Virus record (IMG/VR): IMGVR_UViG_3300025122_000018
Location: 1-55,661 of that record
Reading direction: 5' to 3' (one strand)
DNA length: 55,661 nt
From: a virus
Lineage: Duplodnaviria > Caudoviricetes
Shown: positions 8,803 to 18,675 of the stretch, in pieces
Position numbering within the stretch: position 1 is the stretch's first letter
How the letters are laid out: every line of letters begins with the position of its first letter
Translations under genes and position numbers: made by a program
Notes under the pieces: model-generated
What the model saw: only the letters and a program-made list of their open reading frames with translations
The model's database searches: none
Told to the model about the DNA's origin: nothing

Positions 8803-10602
8803 ATGGCAAATGAAACTCAAGAAAGCTCTTACGACTCAGCGACACCCACGAAGTCGGAGATGAAGGAAGAGAAGAGAAAGCGAAGAATGATGGGGTTGGT
8901 CCAGCAAACCGAGAAGTGGTTTAAGGATAATCTCGCCGATGAGGCTGTTCGGAATCTTGCCTACTATCGTGGTAAGTTTTGGGCTGGTGATGGGTACGGA
9001 ACCAACGCAAAGATTAGAAGTTATGCGGCGCAGAAAAACGAGATATTTCCTATTATTGATACAATAGTATCAAGCTTGGCAATGGATCTCCCGCAGGTTG
9101 AGGCTCAGGATATGAGGGCGACAACCGCAGATGAGCCTACCAGACAGACAGACGAAACTATTCAGGGTCGCAGAATATCGGCAGCAATGAATTGGTTTGC
9201 TGAGAGAGATGAGCTTGATGGAGTTGTTCAGGAGTTGGTGTTACACGCCCTCTTGTTCCGATCATCTGTGGTAAAAGTATCTTGGTCATCTGCTTTGGGT
9301 CGGCCAGTTTGGAGAACTAAGCTTCCTTGGGAAATTCACTTTGACCCAATGGCAAAAAGGGTATCAGATGCTGCGTGGTGCTTTGAGAGGTTTAACATCC
9401 ATATTGATGACCTCAATAGTCGAATCAAGTCGGATGTATATTCTAAACCAAAAAAGGGAATTAAACCTGATTCTTATCCGCGAACACTGGTTGAGGCTCA
9501 CGATAAAGATCTCGATTCAAGACAAGAACAACTGAAACAGCTTGGGCTTAAAGAATATATTTCTATTGTTGAGTTTTGGGATTTTAGGGCTGGTAAGTTA
9601 TACCACCTCCATCCCCCAACAGGACAAATACTAATGGAAGCGGCCATTCCCTATGGCAGACCTTACGAGGTTTTGGTCTTCCATAACGGCGTAGGTCGAA
9701 TTGGCGGCATTTCTGATGTAAGCCTTATCGCTGAATTGCAGCGTGATATTAATGAATTGGTTAGTGCCCGTAGAGAGATTGTTTCACGACTTCCGCGCAG
9801 GATGCTTGTTGATTCTTCTTTGTTCAGATCTGATGATGAGTTTTCTCGTTGGAAGAACTCAAGAACTTGGGAGCCACAACTCATTCAGAAACCGATGGAT
9901 GGGAAGATAGCTGATCGAATATTCGTTACACCACCAATGGATACTACCTTTGATTTCAACAAATGCTTAGAAGAAGAGGTTGATGGAGTTAGGAGAATCG
10001 TTGGTGAGGCAGACTACCAGAGAGGACAAGTAAATAATATTCGCACAGCGGCTGAGGCCAATGCTCTTAGAGGCGCTGTTGAGGGTCGCATTAATATACG
10101 AATGAAGAAGCTTGTTCGGGTCGTTAAGGCGATGTTTGAGCGTGGCCTTGATGTTACAAGGTGGGCTGTAGCCAATCCAGAGGAATCGGGGATAGACCTA
10201 GATAAGCTGACCCAGCAGACCCAGAGCGATGTTAGCGGTGATGTTCTTCGTAAGGACTTTCTTGAGGGCGCGGTTAGCTTCAGGCTACTTCCGTTCTCAC
10301 CACTAATGGAAGATAAGAATGCTCGAAGGGAAAGCTTGGCCATGCTTCTGCCACCATTACTAGGTGGGCCGATGGCTGAAGAGTTTGATTTGCATGAGTT
10401 GGGCAGGGAGATTGTCGAACTGTTTGGGTGGAGGCCGTCCATTGTTAGGCCCAAGAAGAAAGATCTCCCAACAACAAAGGAAGCGTCTAAGGACTTATTG
10501 GCCTCTGAAGGCGAGGCCATGCTACAGTCTGGTCAGCCCCCAGCGGAAGGCGTTCCTCCAGATATAGCTCAAGCAATATCACCCATTGGACAGCAGGTAT
10601 AG
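8803..10602 (+). CDS. Portal protein (P22/podovirus-like)
   Basis: 599 aa directly after TerL; IHFDP, ELQRDIN, RTAAEA motifs typical of portals. Confidence 0.85.
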   Translation: MANETQESSYDSATPTKSEMKEEKRKRRMMGLVQQTEKWFKDNLADEAVRNLAYYRGKFWAGDGYGTNAKIRSYAAQKNEIFPIIDTIVSSLAMDLPQVEAQDMRATTADEPTRQTDETIQGRRISAAMNWFAERDELDGVVQELVLHALLFRSSVVKVSWSSALGRPVWRTKLPWEIHFDPMAKRVSDAAWCFERFNIHIDDLNSRIKSDVYSKPKKGIKPDSYPRTLVEAHDKDLDSRQEQLKQLGLKEYISIVEFWDFRAGKLYHLHPPTGQILMEAAIPYGRPYEVLVFHNGVGRIGGISDVSLIAELQRDINELVSARREIVSRLPRRMLVDSSLFRSDDEFSRWKNSRTWEPQLIQKPMDGKIADRIFVTPPMDTTFDFNKCLEEEVDGVRRIVGEADYQRGQVNNIRTAAEANALRGAVEGRINIRMKKLVRVVKAMFERGLDVTRWAVANPEESGIDLDKLTQQTQSDVSGDVLRKDFLEGAVSFRLLPFSPLMEDKNARRESLAMLLPPLLGGPMAEEFDLHELGREIVELFGWRPSIVRPKKKDLPTTKEASKDLLASEGEAMLQSGQPPAEGVPPDIAQAISPIGQQV

Positions 10603-10604
10603 TT

Positions 10605-11009
10605 ATGAAACTTAAAAAGTTAGCAGGTATGGCAAGCGGTGGAGACACCAATACAGTAAGGGTTTTAATGATGGTTCTTCCTGAAGGCATGATGCCGGAA
10701 GGGGCAGATCCAACAGGCTTTGCGGAAAAATTATCGAAAGATGACTCGACCGCTGACTTTGACCTTTCTGACTCAGACGCAGATTTTGTTGATAAGATGG
10801 GAATCAAAGATGAAGATATTGAGGGTGACGATCCAATGTCTGATGATGAGGGAACAGGATTTCCAGACATGAAGCTAACAAAGGGAATCGCACAGGCACT
10901 AAAGGGTCTTGGTTTAGATGACCATACAGAAAAGATAGTATGTAATGCTATCTATGATGGGATTCTTGGTGGGAAAATCTTTCCGAGAAACGAGAAAGGA
11001 CAAGACTAA
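10605..11009 (+). CDS. Hypothetical acidic protein
   Basis: 134-aa ORF in the head operon. Confidence 0.65.
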   Translation: MKLKKLAGMASGGDTNTVRVLMMVLPEGMMPEGADPTGFAEKLSKDDSTADFDLSDSDADFVDKMGIKDEDIEGDDPMSDDEGTGFPDMKLTKGIAQALKGLGLDDHTEKIVCNAIYDGILGGKIFPRNEKGQD

Positions 11010-11010
11010 T

Positions 11011-11550
11011 ATGCCTATATATGATTTTACTTGCACTGATGGCCATGAGTTTGAGGAGCTTATCCGTGGGCACGATGTTGTTACAGTTTCCTGCACTGTT
11101 GAGGGCTGTACCTGTATTGCAAATAAGAAAAATGTATACGCCGTAACTACTGTTGGACCTGTCTCCAGTGATCTAGAAGCATTCAATTCAACGCTCTTAA
11201 GCCCAAGACAAAGGGCGGCTGGAATAGAATTGAAAACAAAAAAACAAATTGAAGCATACGAAAGAATGAGAGGACTGCGCCGCCATGATCCCAATTCTAT
11301 AAGCACAAAGGCGGCCATCTCCGACACGCTAGACGACCACCATGATATAATGAAAATTAAGAAGCAGGACGGTTGTGACGCAGCCGCCGATCATGTTTAT
11401 AAGACTGAAATGCAACAAGCCACAGGATGGAACAATGCCGAGTACTCAAATTGGAAACGAACCCACGATGCCGCAAAAACCGCAGCCCTCGATGGCAGGG
11501 TCGGACTTGAATCAGTTGACAGAAGAACAACTGATGAATCTTCCTCTTGA
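11011..11550 (+). CDS. FmdB-family zinc-ribbon protein with C-terminal extension
   Basis: MPIYDFTCTDGHEFEEL...C..EGC N-terminus; start set at ATG 11011. Confidence 0.75.
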   Translation: MPIYDFTCTDGHEFEELIRGHDVVTVSCTVEGCTCIANKKNVYAVTTVGPVSSDLEAFNSTLLSPRQRAAGIELKTKKQIEAYERMRGLRRHDPNSISTKAAISDTLDDHHDIMKIKKQDGCDAAADHVYKTEMQQATGWNNAEYSNWKRTHDAAKTAALDGRVGLESVDRRTTDESSS

Positions 11551-12031
11551 GGATTTAGAAGCATTGGTAATGGATAGGTCTTCTCAATTAGCTGCTATGG
11601 GTGCCCCTATGGACCCATTACAGGGTCAGGGAGCAATGAGTCCTTCCGATGTTCCGGGTGGCGGGGCGGTTCCGCTAAATCCAGAAACTGTCATGGCTGC
11701 AACAGCAGTGCTTGTCGAGGCTGGATTTCTTCCAGAAGCTACAGCAGAGCTTAGCCCACCCGTTTTAGCCGCGCTTCAGTCTTTTGTTGACAAGTTGCGT
11801 CCGGGGCTTTATGACTTGTCTAGCCAACAAGATTTGTCGGAGGTAATTGATGGTATCGCAAACGGAACAATCGGACTTGAACTCGCAGGACGAGGCGGAG
11901 AGCCAGCCCCAGTCGGACCAGCCCCAATCCCAGCCGGAGCAGGTGGACCTGCCGGACCAGCCCCAGCCGGACCAGCCCCAGCCGGACCTCTCGCTGGACC
12001 AGCCGGAGGAGTCCCACCAGCAGGATACTAG
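11435..12031 (+). CDS. Hypothetical protein with Pro/Ala/Gly-rich tail, overlapping both neighbours
   Basis: 198 aa from ATG 11435; fills 11551-11849, which has no other + strand ORF; natural-looking helical core. Confidence 0.6.
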   Translation: MPSTQIGNEPTMPQKPQPSMAGSDLNQLTEEQLMNLPLEDLEALVMDRSSQLAAMGAPMDPLQGQGAMSPSDVPGGGAVPLNPETVMAATAVLVEAGFLPEATAELSPPVLAALQSFVDKLRPGLYDLSSQQDLSEVIDGIANGTIGLELAGRGGEPAPVGPAPIPAGAGGPAGPAPAGPAPAGPLAGPAGGVPPAGY

Positions 12032-12779
12032 CGAACCCGAAGAGCTTAGTGCTGAGCCAGAATCGCCGATACCGGCAGCGGAAGAGCCTGTTGCTTCTGA
12101 GCCAGAACAGGTTGAGGTAGCTTCTGATCATGCCGATGATGTGCAGTATGCAGATCTAAATGATGTTGCCGCTAAGTTCGAGAGTATGTCTCCAGAACTT
12201 AAGTCTCATGTATCTCCTATTCTGACTATGGCGAGATCCGCACAGACCTCTTACGAGATTGCTGCTCAGAAGTACGAGAGCGCAAAGGCCGAGCTTGTTC
12301 AGTTCGCAGAAGACCTTAAGGACTATGGTGTAGATTCTGAGCCGATCATAGAAAAATTTCAGAGCCAGCAACAGAAAATAGCTGAGCTTAATGATTCTAT
12401 TGTTTCAACAACTTGGTCAGCCTTTATGGTGTCGAATCCAAATTATAAGGAACAGCCACAAAAACTTCAAAATGTTTTTAGCGAAATTGTCAGTACTATG
12501 CTGGACAGATTTCCGGGCAGATCAACGCTTGACAAGTTGAACGCTGCATACAAATATGCTCATTACTCAGTCGGCCCAGAAACGAAGAAGGTAAAGGCTG
12601 TTCAGGCTAAACCCGCTGTACCAAAACCAGTGGTACAGAAGCCCCCTGTTAATGTTGACAGTAAGGCCCAATCACTTGTCAATGATGGGCGGGTTTCCGG
12701 CTCTCAATCCATGTTGGATGTTGCGGATATGAGTTGGGACGAGATACTTGACAGACACAAGCACTTGCTTGGTGATTAA
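11850..12779 (+). CDS. Putative capsid scaffolding protein
   Basis: GGAGG RBS; acidic Q/P/E-rich N-terminus, coiled coil, directly upstream of the major capsid gene. Confidence 0.65.
   Translation: MVSQTEQSDLNSQDEAESQPQSDQPQSQPEQVDLPDQPQPDQPQPDLSLDQPEESHQQDTSEPEELSAEPESPIPAAEEPVASEPEQVEVASDHADDVQYADLNDVAAKFESMSPELKSHVSPILTMARSAQTSYEIAAQKYESAKAELVQFAEDLKDYGVDSEPIIEKFQSQQQKIAELNDSIVSTTWSAFMVSNPNYKEQPQKLQNVFSEIVSTMLDRFPGRSTLDKLNAAYKYAHYSVGPETKKVKAVQAKPAVPKPVVQKPPVNVDSKAQSLVNDGRVSGSQSMLDVADMSWDEILDRHKHLLGD
11902..12007. repeat. GC-rich degenerate 15-bp repeat (gccggaccagcccca)
   Basis: Exact copies at 11951 and 11966 plus degenerate flanking copies. Confidence 0.85.
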
Positions 12780-12799
12780 CTTTTGCATGGGAGTGGGTA

Positions 12800-13873
12800 A
12801 TGGCCCTTCTAGAATACGCAACATTTACGGTGCCCGATGTAGTTAAGAAGTCGGTCAACTCATTTTATAACCAAGACCCACTTCTTCAGGCACTTCAGTC
12901 TCGTCACAAGGTCAAACGATCTGGCGGAACTCATGTTCGTATTCGTCGCATCAAGTCCGGCCACTCTAAGGTTGTTGAGATCAATGCAACTAATATGGGT
13001 GTCCCTCTCAATAAGCTGGAGACATTCAGCCAAATGACAGGTGATTGGGCGCGATATATTAAGCCCATTATTCTGCCTCATATTGATCGTGACCGTATGC
13101 AGAGTAAAGAGGATCGTGCAACTTGGGTTAAGGATACAACCGAAGCCGCTATGATCAGCCTTAAGAACGATGTTCTTCGTCGTCTTTATATCGGTGACTC
13201 TACTACTACTGCTCTTTCTGGTCTTGGAACCCTTAACGGCGCTATCGCTGCTAACGGTACTAGCTCTGGTTTGACTGAGGGCGCTTTGCGCTTCCAGACA
13301 CCTACGGCTCAGGCTGCTTCCGGCCTCGGATACCTGAACGAGACTCGCGTCGAGGATACAGTGAACTTCCTTGATAACTGGTACAACCAGTATGTTGCTC
13401 ACACCGGAGTCGGAACTGACTTCTTGAAAACTGCCGAGCAGATCAAGATCACTGCTGATACATTCACAGAGGATAGCGAAGGCATCTCTCTGGGTGTCCT
13501 CAGTATTGCTGATCAGGTTGCTCTTGGTGAAGAGGTTCGCTCTTATCCCGGCGGCTCTAATGCTGGCGCCATCATGTATACACCTGAAGATATCAAGTCT
13601 GGTAAGGCTCATCCTACCGTCTGGATGGTCGGCGGTGTTCGTTACTACAGCAACCGATGGATGACAGCAGCCAACATGACCAAGACTGGCGCTTGCTACT
13701 TGCTCAATCCAAATGCTATCGAGTACTGGGTCAACGCCAACAATGATTTCCGTGCTACTAAGTTCACGGATCATCTCGCTACTTCAAACCAAGATGCAGA
13801 CATTGGATACATTGTCCTTGAATCTCAGTTTGTTGTTCCTAACCTTCTTGCTAATGGCTGCACATCTACTTGA
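12800..13873 (+). CDS. Major capsid protein
   Basis: 357 aa after the scaffold; strongly biased codons; SGG..VRI N-terminus and YLLNP near the C-terminus consistent with HK97-fold coats. Confidence 0.82.
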   Translation: MALLEYATFTVPDVVKKSVNSFYNQDPLLQALQSRHKVKRSGGTHVRIRRIKSGHSKVVEINATNMGVPLNKLETFSQMTGDWARYIKPIILPHIDRDRMQSKEDRATWVKDTTEAAMISLKNDVLRRLYIGDSTTTALSGLGTLNGAIAANGTSSGLTEGALRFQTPTAQAASGLGYLNETRVEDTVNFLDNWYNQYVAHTGVGTDFLKTAEQIKITADTFTEDSEGISLGVLSIADQVALGEEVRSYPGGSNAGAIMYTPEDIKSGKAHPTVWMVGGVRYYSNRWMTAANMTKTGACYLLNPNAIEYWVNANNDFRATKFTDHLATSNQDADIGYIVLESQFVVPNLLANGCTST

Positions 13874-13893
13874 TAGGTAGATAGGAGAATAAA

Positions 13894-14373
13894 ATGATTG
13901 GACCTATTGTATATCTAAGTGATCCTTCGGAGACATCGACAAGCCAAATGGCACCTGTCGGTACTATTCGTTCGTATCTTCACACAACTTACGGCTACCA
14001 ACAGTATCGCGCTGTCAAATGTGCGGAAGCTGGTGTCAGTGCCGGGATTGCTGTTGTTTGGAAGAGCGGATCAACGACTGGTGAGGTCGAGCTTCCTGCC
14101 GCTGCGAACGCAGAAGTGAATAAGATTGCTGGTATCGCCCAGCAAGCTATTGCAAACGCAAGCTATGGCTGGGTCTTGTGCTCAGGCGAAGGCCAAGCGA
14201 TGGCTGGAGAGGCTGTTACTATTGACAATCTGATGTTCACTACTGGCACTATTGGTCATGTGGATGACGCGGCTACTGCCAGCGCCATTGAAAATGCCGC
14301 TTTCGGCACCTTCATCACAGGAACATCATCACCAGATGAACTTGTTCGTGTGCGCGTGAGTGGTCTTCTCTAG
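13894..14373 (+). CDS. Putative capsid decoration/cement protein
   Basis: 159 aa, Ala/Gly-rich, AGIAQQAIANASYGWV motif, follows the major capsid gene, AGGAG RBS. Confidence 0.6.
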   Translation: MIGPIVYLSDPSETSTSQMAPVGTIRSYLHTTYGYQQYRAVKCAEAGVSAGIAVVWKSGSTTGEVELPAAANAEVNKIAGIAQQAIANASYGWVLCSGEGQAMAGEAVTIDNLMFTTGTIGHVDDAATASAIENAAFGTFITGTSSPDELVRVRVSGLL

Positions 14374-14382
14374 TCACTAACA

Positions 14383-14406
14383 GAGTAGGGGCTTAGGCTC
14401 CTACTC
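14383..14406 (+). terminator. Stem-loop after capsid genes (attenuator or stabiliser)
   Basis: GAGTAGGGGC-TTAG-GCTCCTACTC 10-bp stem; no strong U-tract. Confidence 0.55.
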
Positions 14407-14418
14407 CTTGGAGGCTAA

Positions 14419-14823
14419 ATGCCAAAACCTATCAAGTACGCAACCATTGGTTCACACAGCCTGTCGAATACGGCTTCGGTTAGCGGTGCGCTGGTAACGG
14501 ACGGAACTGCTGGCTCAGCTACTCCTTTGGGGAGATGTCGGCTGGTTTCTCTGGAATGTACTATTGCATCTGGAAGTAGTCTCACTACTGCTGCCAATGT
14601 TCCAAACGTCTACCTAGCTAAAGATGCTGATGGTTATCACCCGATTACAGATGCGAATACCAGCACCAAGCTTGGGACACTGTTTACTTCCGCTATAGGT
14701 GGCTTCTCAATTAGACTTGAACAGGATGCTTATATCGAAGGTTCCGTTTATGCTGTAGGAAAGCTGGCCTCTGGTGACTCTGGAACAGGAACTTGGAAGT
14801 TGACGTTCGTTCAGGGCGGCTAA
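14419..14823 (+). CDS. Putative virion structural protein
   Basis: 134 aa, beta-rich, GGAGG RBS, in the head operon. Confidence 0.6.
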   Translation: MPKPIKYATIGSHSLSNTASVSGALVTDGTAGSATPLGRCRLVSLECTIASGSSLTTAANVPNVYLAKDADGYHPITDANTSTKLGTLFTSAIGGFSIRLEQDAYIEGSVYAVGKLASGDSGTGTWKLTFVQGG

Positions 14824-14846
14824 TTTAATCTGATGTTTATCAGACA

Positions 14847-14883
14847 GGGCTTCCGCGTTATAGTACACGGGAGCCTTTTTTAT
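14847..14883 (+). terminator. Rho-independent terminator
   Basis: gggcttccgcgt / acacgggagcct stem followed by a T-run. Confidence 0.7.
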
Positions 14884-14895
14884 TAGGGGAAGCAA

Positions 14896-16422
14896 ATGAA
14901 TCTATCTCAACTCAGATCTCAGATAGTTGATCTTACGGGCTACCCAGAACGAGGCGCTGCTGGTCAATCAAGATTGAACTCTGCTATCAACTACTCTCTT
15001 CGTCAGATATGGAGAGAGATGCCAGAGTCCTTAATGAAGGAAGAGTTTAGATTTAGAACCGAGCCTAACATTAGTATCAATACAATTAAAATAGATACAG
15101 CAGACCCTCTTGTTTTCTTAGTAGAAGGAACAACTACATCTACAAGCTTCGCTACTGATGGCACACTTCGTGGGCGTTGGCTAGAGGTTCAGAGAGATGG
15201 AAAGTTCTACTACAGACGAATTAAAGATGTTTATATTTACGGTCAGGGTCCATCCGAAATATGGGCGATTGTTGTCGATGAGCCTTGGGACAATCTTACC
15301 GATGAGGAACTATCATATAAGATAGTGACAAAGGAGTATCCTTACCCATCAGATGTTCAGAAGATAAGAAAGGTAATCTATGATCCAGAGAATCTTTCAT
15401 ATAAGGTAATGTATGATTTGCTTCCAGATGAGCTTAGTGAGTGGAAGATTATGCAGGGCTACCGGCGGGAAACAAGACCAACCAGATCAACCCGTGGAGA
15501 CTTCTTTGTTCTTCCGACTCCACACTATGCTCCAATAGCCGACACTGGGCGTGTCCTGATTGACACTGATGTGGCGAAGGGCAGCACCGATCTGACTCAA
15601 GCATGGGGCTACGATAACACTGGGGTTGAAGCTCATAACTATGGACCTGCTGGGACATTCAGCTATAAAGTAATTCATGTCTGGGGAAGAAGGCCATTCC
15701 TTAGCCCCAAGCACGCTAGGCCATCTTCCGGGCTGAAGACTACATTAAGACCATTCTATAGAAGCTCAGAATCTAAAGAGTCTGGTCAGGCAGTTACAAC
15801 TTGGGGCGGAAGCATGATCAAGATATCTACCCCTGATATCGACTATATGGATGGATATGGCAAAAATGTTAGTGCTAAATCATATCATAAGAACGGTGTT
15901 GAGAAGTGGATCTTTAGGGCTAGACATGCCACAGAGAGCACATCTAATTCTACGCATGGAGAATCTGTCGAGAATGATGGGATATATTATCTCTGGAGAG
16001 TTACTCCGGGGTATACCACGGCGACTTACGACAGGGGTGATGATGATCCTGTCGATAAGACAATTACCCTAAAGGATATTCATGGTCACTATCATATACG
16101 GTTTGACTCATATCCAACGGCAGCAGAGGATGTTCTCCTATCCGTTGTTAGGCGACCAGACACCTTGCGGTATGACACGGATTCCTCTCGGCTTCCACCA
16201 GAGTGCTATGGTGCGCTTGTTGACTTGGCTTGCTCATATCTGCTTGGTCGGCGCGATGGAGAGCCAAAGAGGGAGGGCTACTACTACTCTCGGTATATGC
16301 TTGAGCTAGAAAGGCTGAAGGCTATCTATACATTCTCTGGACATACTAACCCATCCTTTGGTGAGGGGTTATCAACCTCAGGGGCAAGAGGTAACTTTGA
16401 TTACACTGTTCAGGAGAGCTAG
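14896..16422 (+). CDS. Head-tail adaptor (tail tubular A / gp11-like) with inserted domains
   Basis: N-terminal MNLSQLRSQI..LNSAIN and C-terminal DTDSSRLPPECYGALVDLA typical of podovirus adaptors; position. Confidence 0.6.
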   Translation: MNLSQLRSQIVDLTGYPERGAAGQSRLNSAINYSLRQIWREMPESLMKEEFRFRTEPNISINTIKIDTADPLVFLVEGTTTSTSFATDGTLRGRWLEVQRDGKFYYRRIKDVYIYGQGPSEIWAIVVDEPWDNLTDEELSYKIVTKEYPYPSDVQKIRKVIYDPENLSYKVMYDLLPDELSEWKIMQGYRRETRPTRSTRGDFFVLPTPHYAPIADTGRVLIDTDVAKGSTDLTQAWGYDNTGVEAHNYGPAGTFSYKVIHVWGRRPFLSPKHARPSSGLKTTLRPFYRSSESKESGQAVTTWGGSMIKISTPDIDYMDGYGKNVSAKSYHKNGVEKWIFRARHATESTSNSTHGESVENDGIYYLWRVTPGYTTATYDRGDDDPVDKTITLKDIHGHYHIRFDSYPTAAEDVLLSVVRRPDTLRYDTDSSRLPPECYGALVDLACSYLLGRRDGEPKREGYYYSRYMLELERLKAIYTFSGHTNPSFGEGLSTSGARGNFDYTVQES

Positions 16423-16425
16423 AGA

Positions 16426-18675
16426 ATGTTTCCTGAATATAAATCAAAGAATATAACAGCTAAGGTTATTGCCGAACTACCTCGTTCCGCTCCTCAGTTT
16501 GCGTATCAGATTGATAATTTTGATGTCGATTATCTTGGTCATCTGACAAATAAGTTTGCGATTATGCCATTTATACCTAATGAATGGAACGATGGGGTAA
16601 AGCCAACCCCCTTTGGCGATGTGATTGGCATGGCATACGCATATTTTGATGGTGGTTTTAGGCCCGAAATTTTGCTCTTTTGCACCACAGGTGTCTTCAG
16701 GTATACCCCGTGGAGTAGAGAGGCAGGAAGCGCCGGTTTTAGGGGCTTAGAGGAACAACTTGCATATAGGGAGGGCGACACTTCTACATACTCTGTTAAA
16801 CCAACAGGGAGATTGCGGTATCCTGTTCAGTCTGTGAGCATCGGAAATAGAATATATTTTAACTTCTGTGATGGTGCTGGCACTTGGATTTGGGATGGAT
16901 ATAGGATAAGGAAGTACGGCTTTGAATCTGTTCCTAGTCCACCTAGTGCTTCTGGACCGGCTAGGCAGGGAGCTACTTCTGGCTTATCACAGCCGAACGC
17001 AGGGGGGTTCTCTCATCAGGGAAGGATTGGAACAATCAATGGAGATCTAACTGTAAGGTCTGTTGGTGGCAGTGAGGAGGACCTTGCTGTATCTGCTGGC
17101 GGTGTAAGCGATGGTGAGTGGGTATATCATGTGGTCTTTGAGGGGCCAGATGGATCTTACTCAGCAACATCTCCATCTGGTGGAAAGTGTAGGATACGGC
17201 AAGCCTATTCTTCAGATCGAGAAGAAGAAGTAAACCCAACCTTTGCGGAGGAGCTAAGAAGGCAGTTCTGGGTTCATAACATACCAACGGGGCCATTAGG
17301 CACAGCCGCTAGGATCTTATTAAGAAGTCCAGATTTTCTTAATGTCACTACTGGTCTAGACTTTAGGCCAAGGTTCCTTATGAGAATACCAAATAATATT
17401 GCAACGGAGTATGTTGATAATACGCCGGACTTAGAGCTTGGCCCAATATGGGAAGACAGAGAAGCCACGCCTACTGGTGTTTACTTTTTGTCTAGGCATT
17501 CTGGTTCCATGTTTTTGCTTAGGACAGATGGCAATCCGTCTAGGATATGGTGGTCTGAGTTAACGCTAACGACTGGCGGCGTGCCGGAGAGTATCTTAAA
17601 AAATCATTGGATGGATGTCTATCCAGAAACTGGCGCAATAACAGGCGCTAGGTCTGTTAATATCAGGACAGCAGATGCAACGATGGCCTCTTTCTTGATT
17701 TTCAAAGAGGGCGCTGTCCACTATGTCGGCGGGGAATATCCACAGTGGAGAGCCGGAACCCTTCACTCTTCGGCAGGAATGGCTGGGCCAAACCTTATCC
17801 AAGTAACCGCAGATAACCATTTTGTCTGGTACGGAAATAAAACATTCTGGCACCTAGATACAACCACCGGAACGGTAGCAGATGTTGGCCTCACTATAAA
17901 GAAAAGCCTGTCTAGAATTAATGAGGCAAGGGCTGGGGTGGGGGTGTCTTGGATTAAGCCTGAGACAAAAGAGATTTACTTCTGTCTTCCTGTAGATGAC
18001 TCTACAACTCCTAATAAATGTTTCATATGGGATCATAGGTTCGGTGGGTTTAGGACAAGAAGCAATATTGAGATTATCGCTGCCCTGTCGATACCGAAGA
18101 TGGGCTTAACTCTTCTCTCTGGCTCAGTTGATGTTTCTGGTAAGGGAGATGAGGCTAATGTCTGGATTCAAGATAGGGGCTATCCTACATATACAGTGAC
18201 TCAGCCGGTTGCAACATATAAGAGTGCATGGATATCGTTATCTTCATTGGAGGAAATAGATACTGATGATCCTATAGCCCTTCTAACACAAGCCTTTAGA
18301 TCTAAGGATAGGTTATCATCAAGCGCCCATGCGTTTAATAATGCAACAGACCTAATTGTTACCATGAAAGAAAGCAGTTCAGGGTCTGCCGCTGTGAGCA
18401 CATATGAGGATTGGAATCCCGATGATTACATAGATACTGATACAATGACTCTTTATCATCCCGAGCTGGAATCTAGCATTCCATTCTTTGGTGCAGATGA
18501 GTATTCTTCTATAAACTATAGAGAGGCTAGAACATTCTCAGAGCGTATTGCTCTTGGAGTTAGCTCTGCCTCAGTATTCCAAGTTTCGATTACGACAACA
18601 GGCCCAGCTAAGATATTAAATATTGATGTGTACGGGCCTACCGTTGCGCTTCCGGGCGGGAGAACACCACAATGA
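16426..18675 (+). CDS. Tail nozzle / stabilisation protein (beta-propeller, P22 gp10 / T7 gp12-like)
   Basis: 749 aa, beta-rich; RIWWSE, GAITG, LIFKE, EIYFCLP propeller-type motifs; follows the adaptor. Confidence 0.65.
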   Translation: MFPEYKSKNITAKVIAELPRSAPQFAYQIDNFDVDYLGHLTNKFAIMPFIPNEWNDGVKPTPFGDVIGMAYAYFDGGFRPEILLFCTTGVFRYTPWSREAGSAGFRGLEEQLAYREGDTSTYSVKPTGRLRYPVQSVSIGNRIYFNFCDGAGTWIWDGYRIRKYGFESVPSPPSASGPARQGATSGLSQPNAGGFSHQGRIGTINGDLTVRSVGGSEEDLAVSAGGVSDGEWVYHVVFEGPDGSYSATSPSGGKCRIRQAYSSDREEEVNPTFAEELRRQFWVHNIPTGPLGTAARILLRSPDFLNVTTGLDFRPRFLMRIPNNIATEYVDNTPDLELGPIWEDREATPTGVYFLSRHSGSMFLLRTDGNPSRIWWSELTLTTGGVPESILKNHWMDVYPETGAITGARSVNIRTADATMASFLIFKEGAVHYVGGEYPQWRAGTLHSSAGMAGPNLIQVTADNHFVWYGNKTFWHLDTTTGTVADVGLTIKKSLSRINEARAGVGVSWIKPETKEIYFCLPVDDSTTPNKCFIWDHRFGGFRTRSNIEIIAALSIPKMGLTLLSGSVDVSGKGDEANVWIQDRGYPTYTVTQPVATYKSAWISLSSLEEIDTDDPIALLTQAFRSKDRLSSSAHAFNNATDLIVTMKESSSGSAAVSTYEDWNPDDYIDTDTMTLYHPELESSIPFFGADEYSSINYREARTFSERIALGVSSASVFQVSITTTGPAKILNIDVYGPTVALPGGRTPQ

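Noticed and set aside
12860-13774. 304-aa antisense ORF over the capsid gene (also 31629-32447, 54141-54812 and similar)
   Set aside because: Shadow frames of codon-biased real genes, with atypical composition
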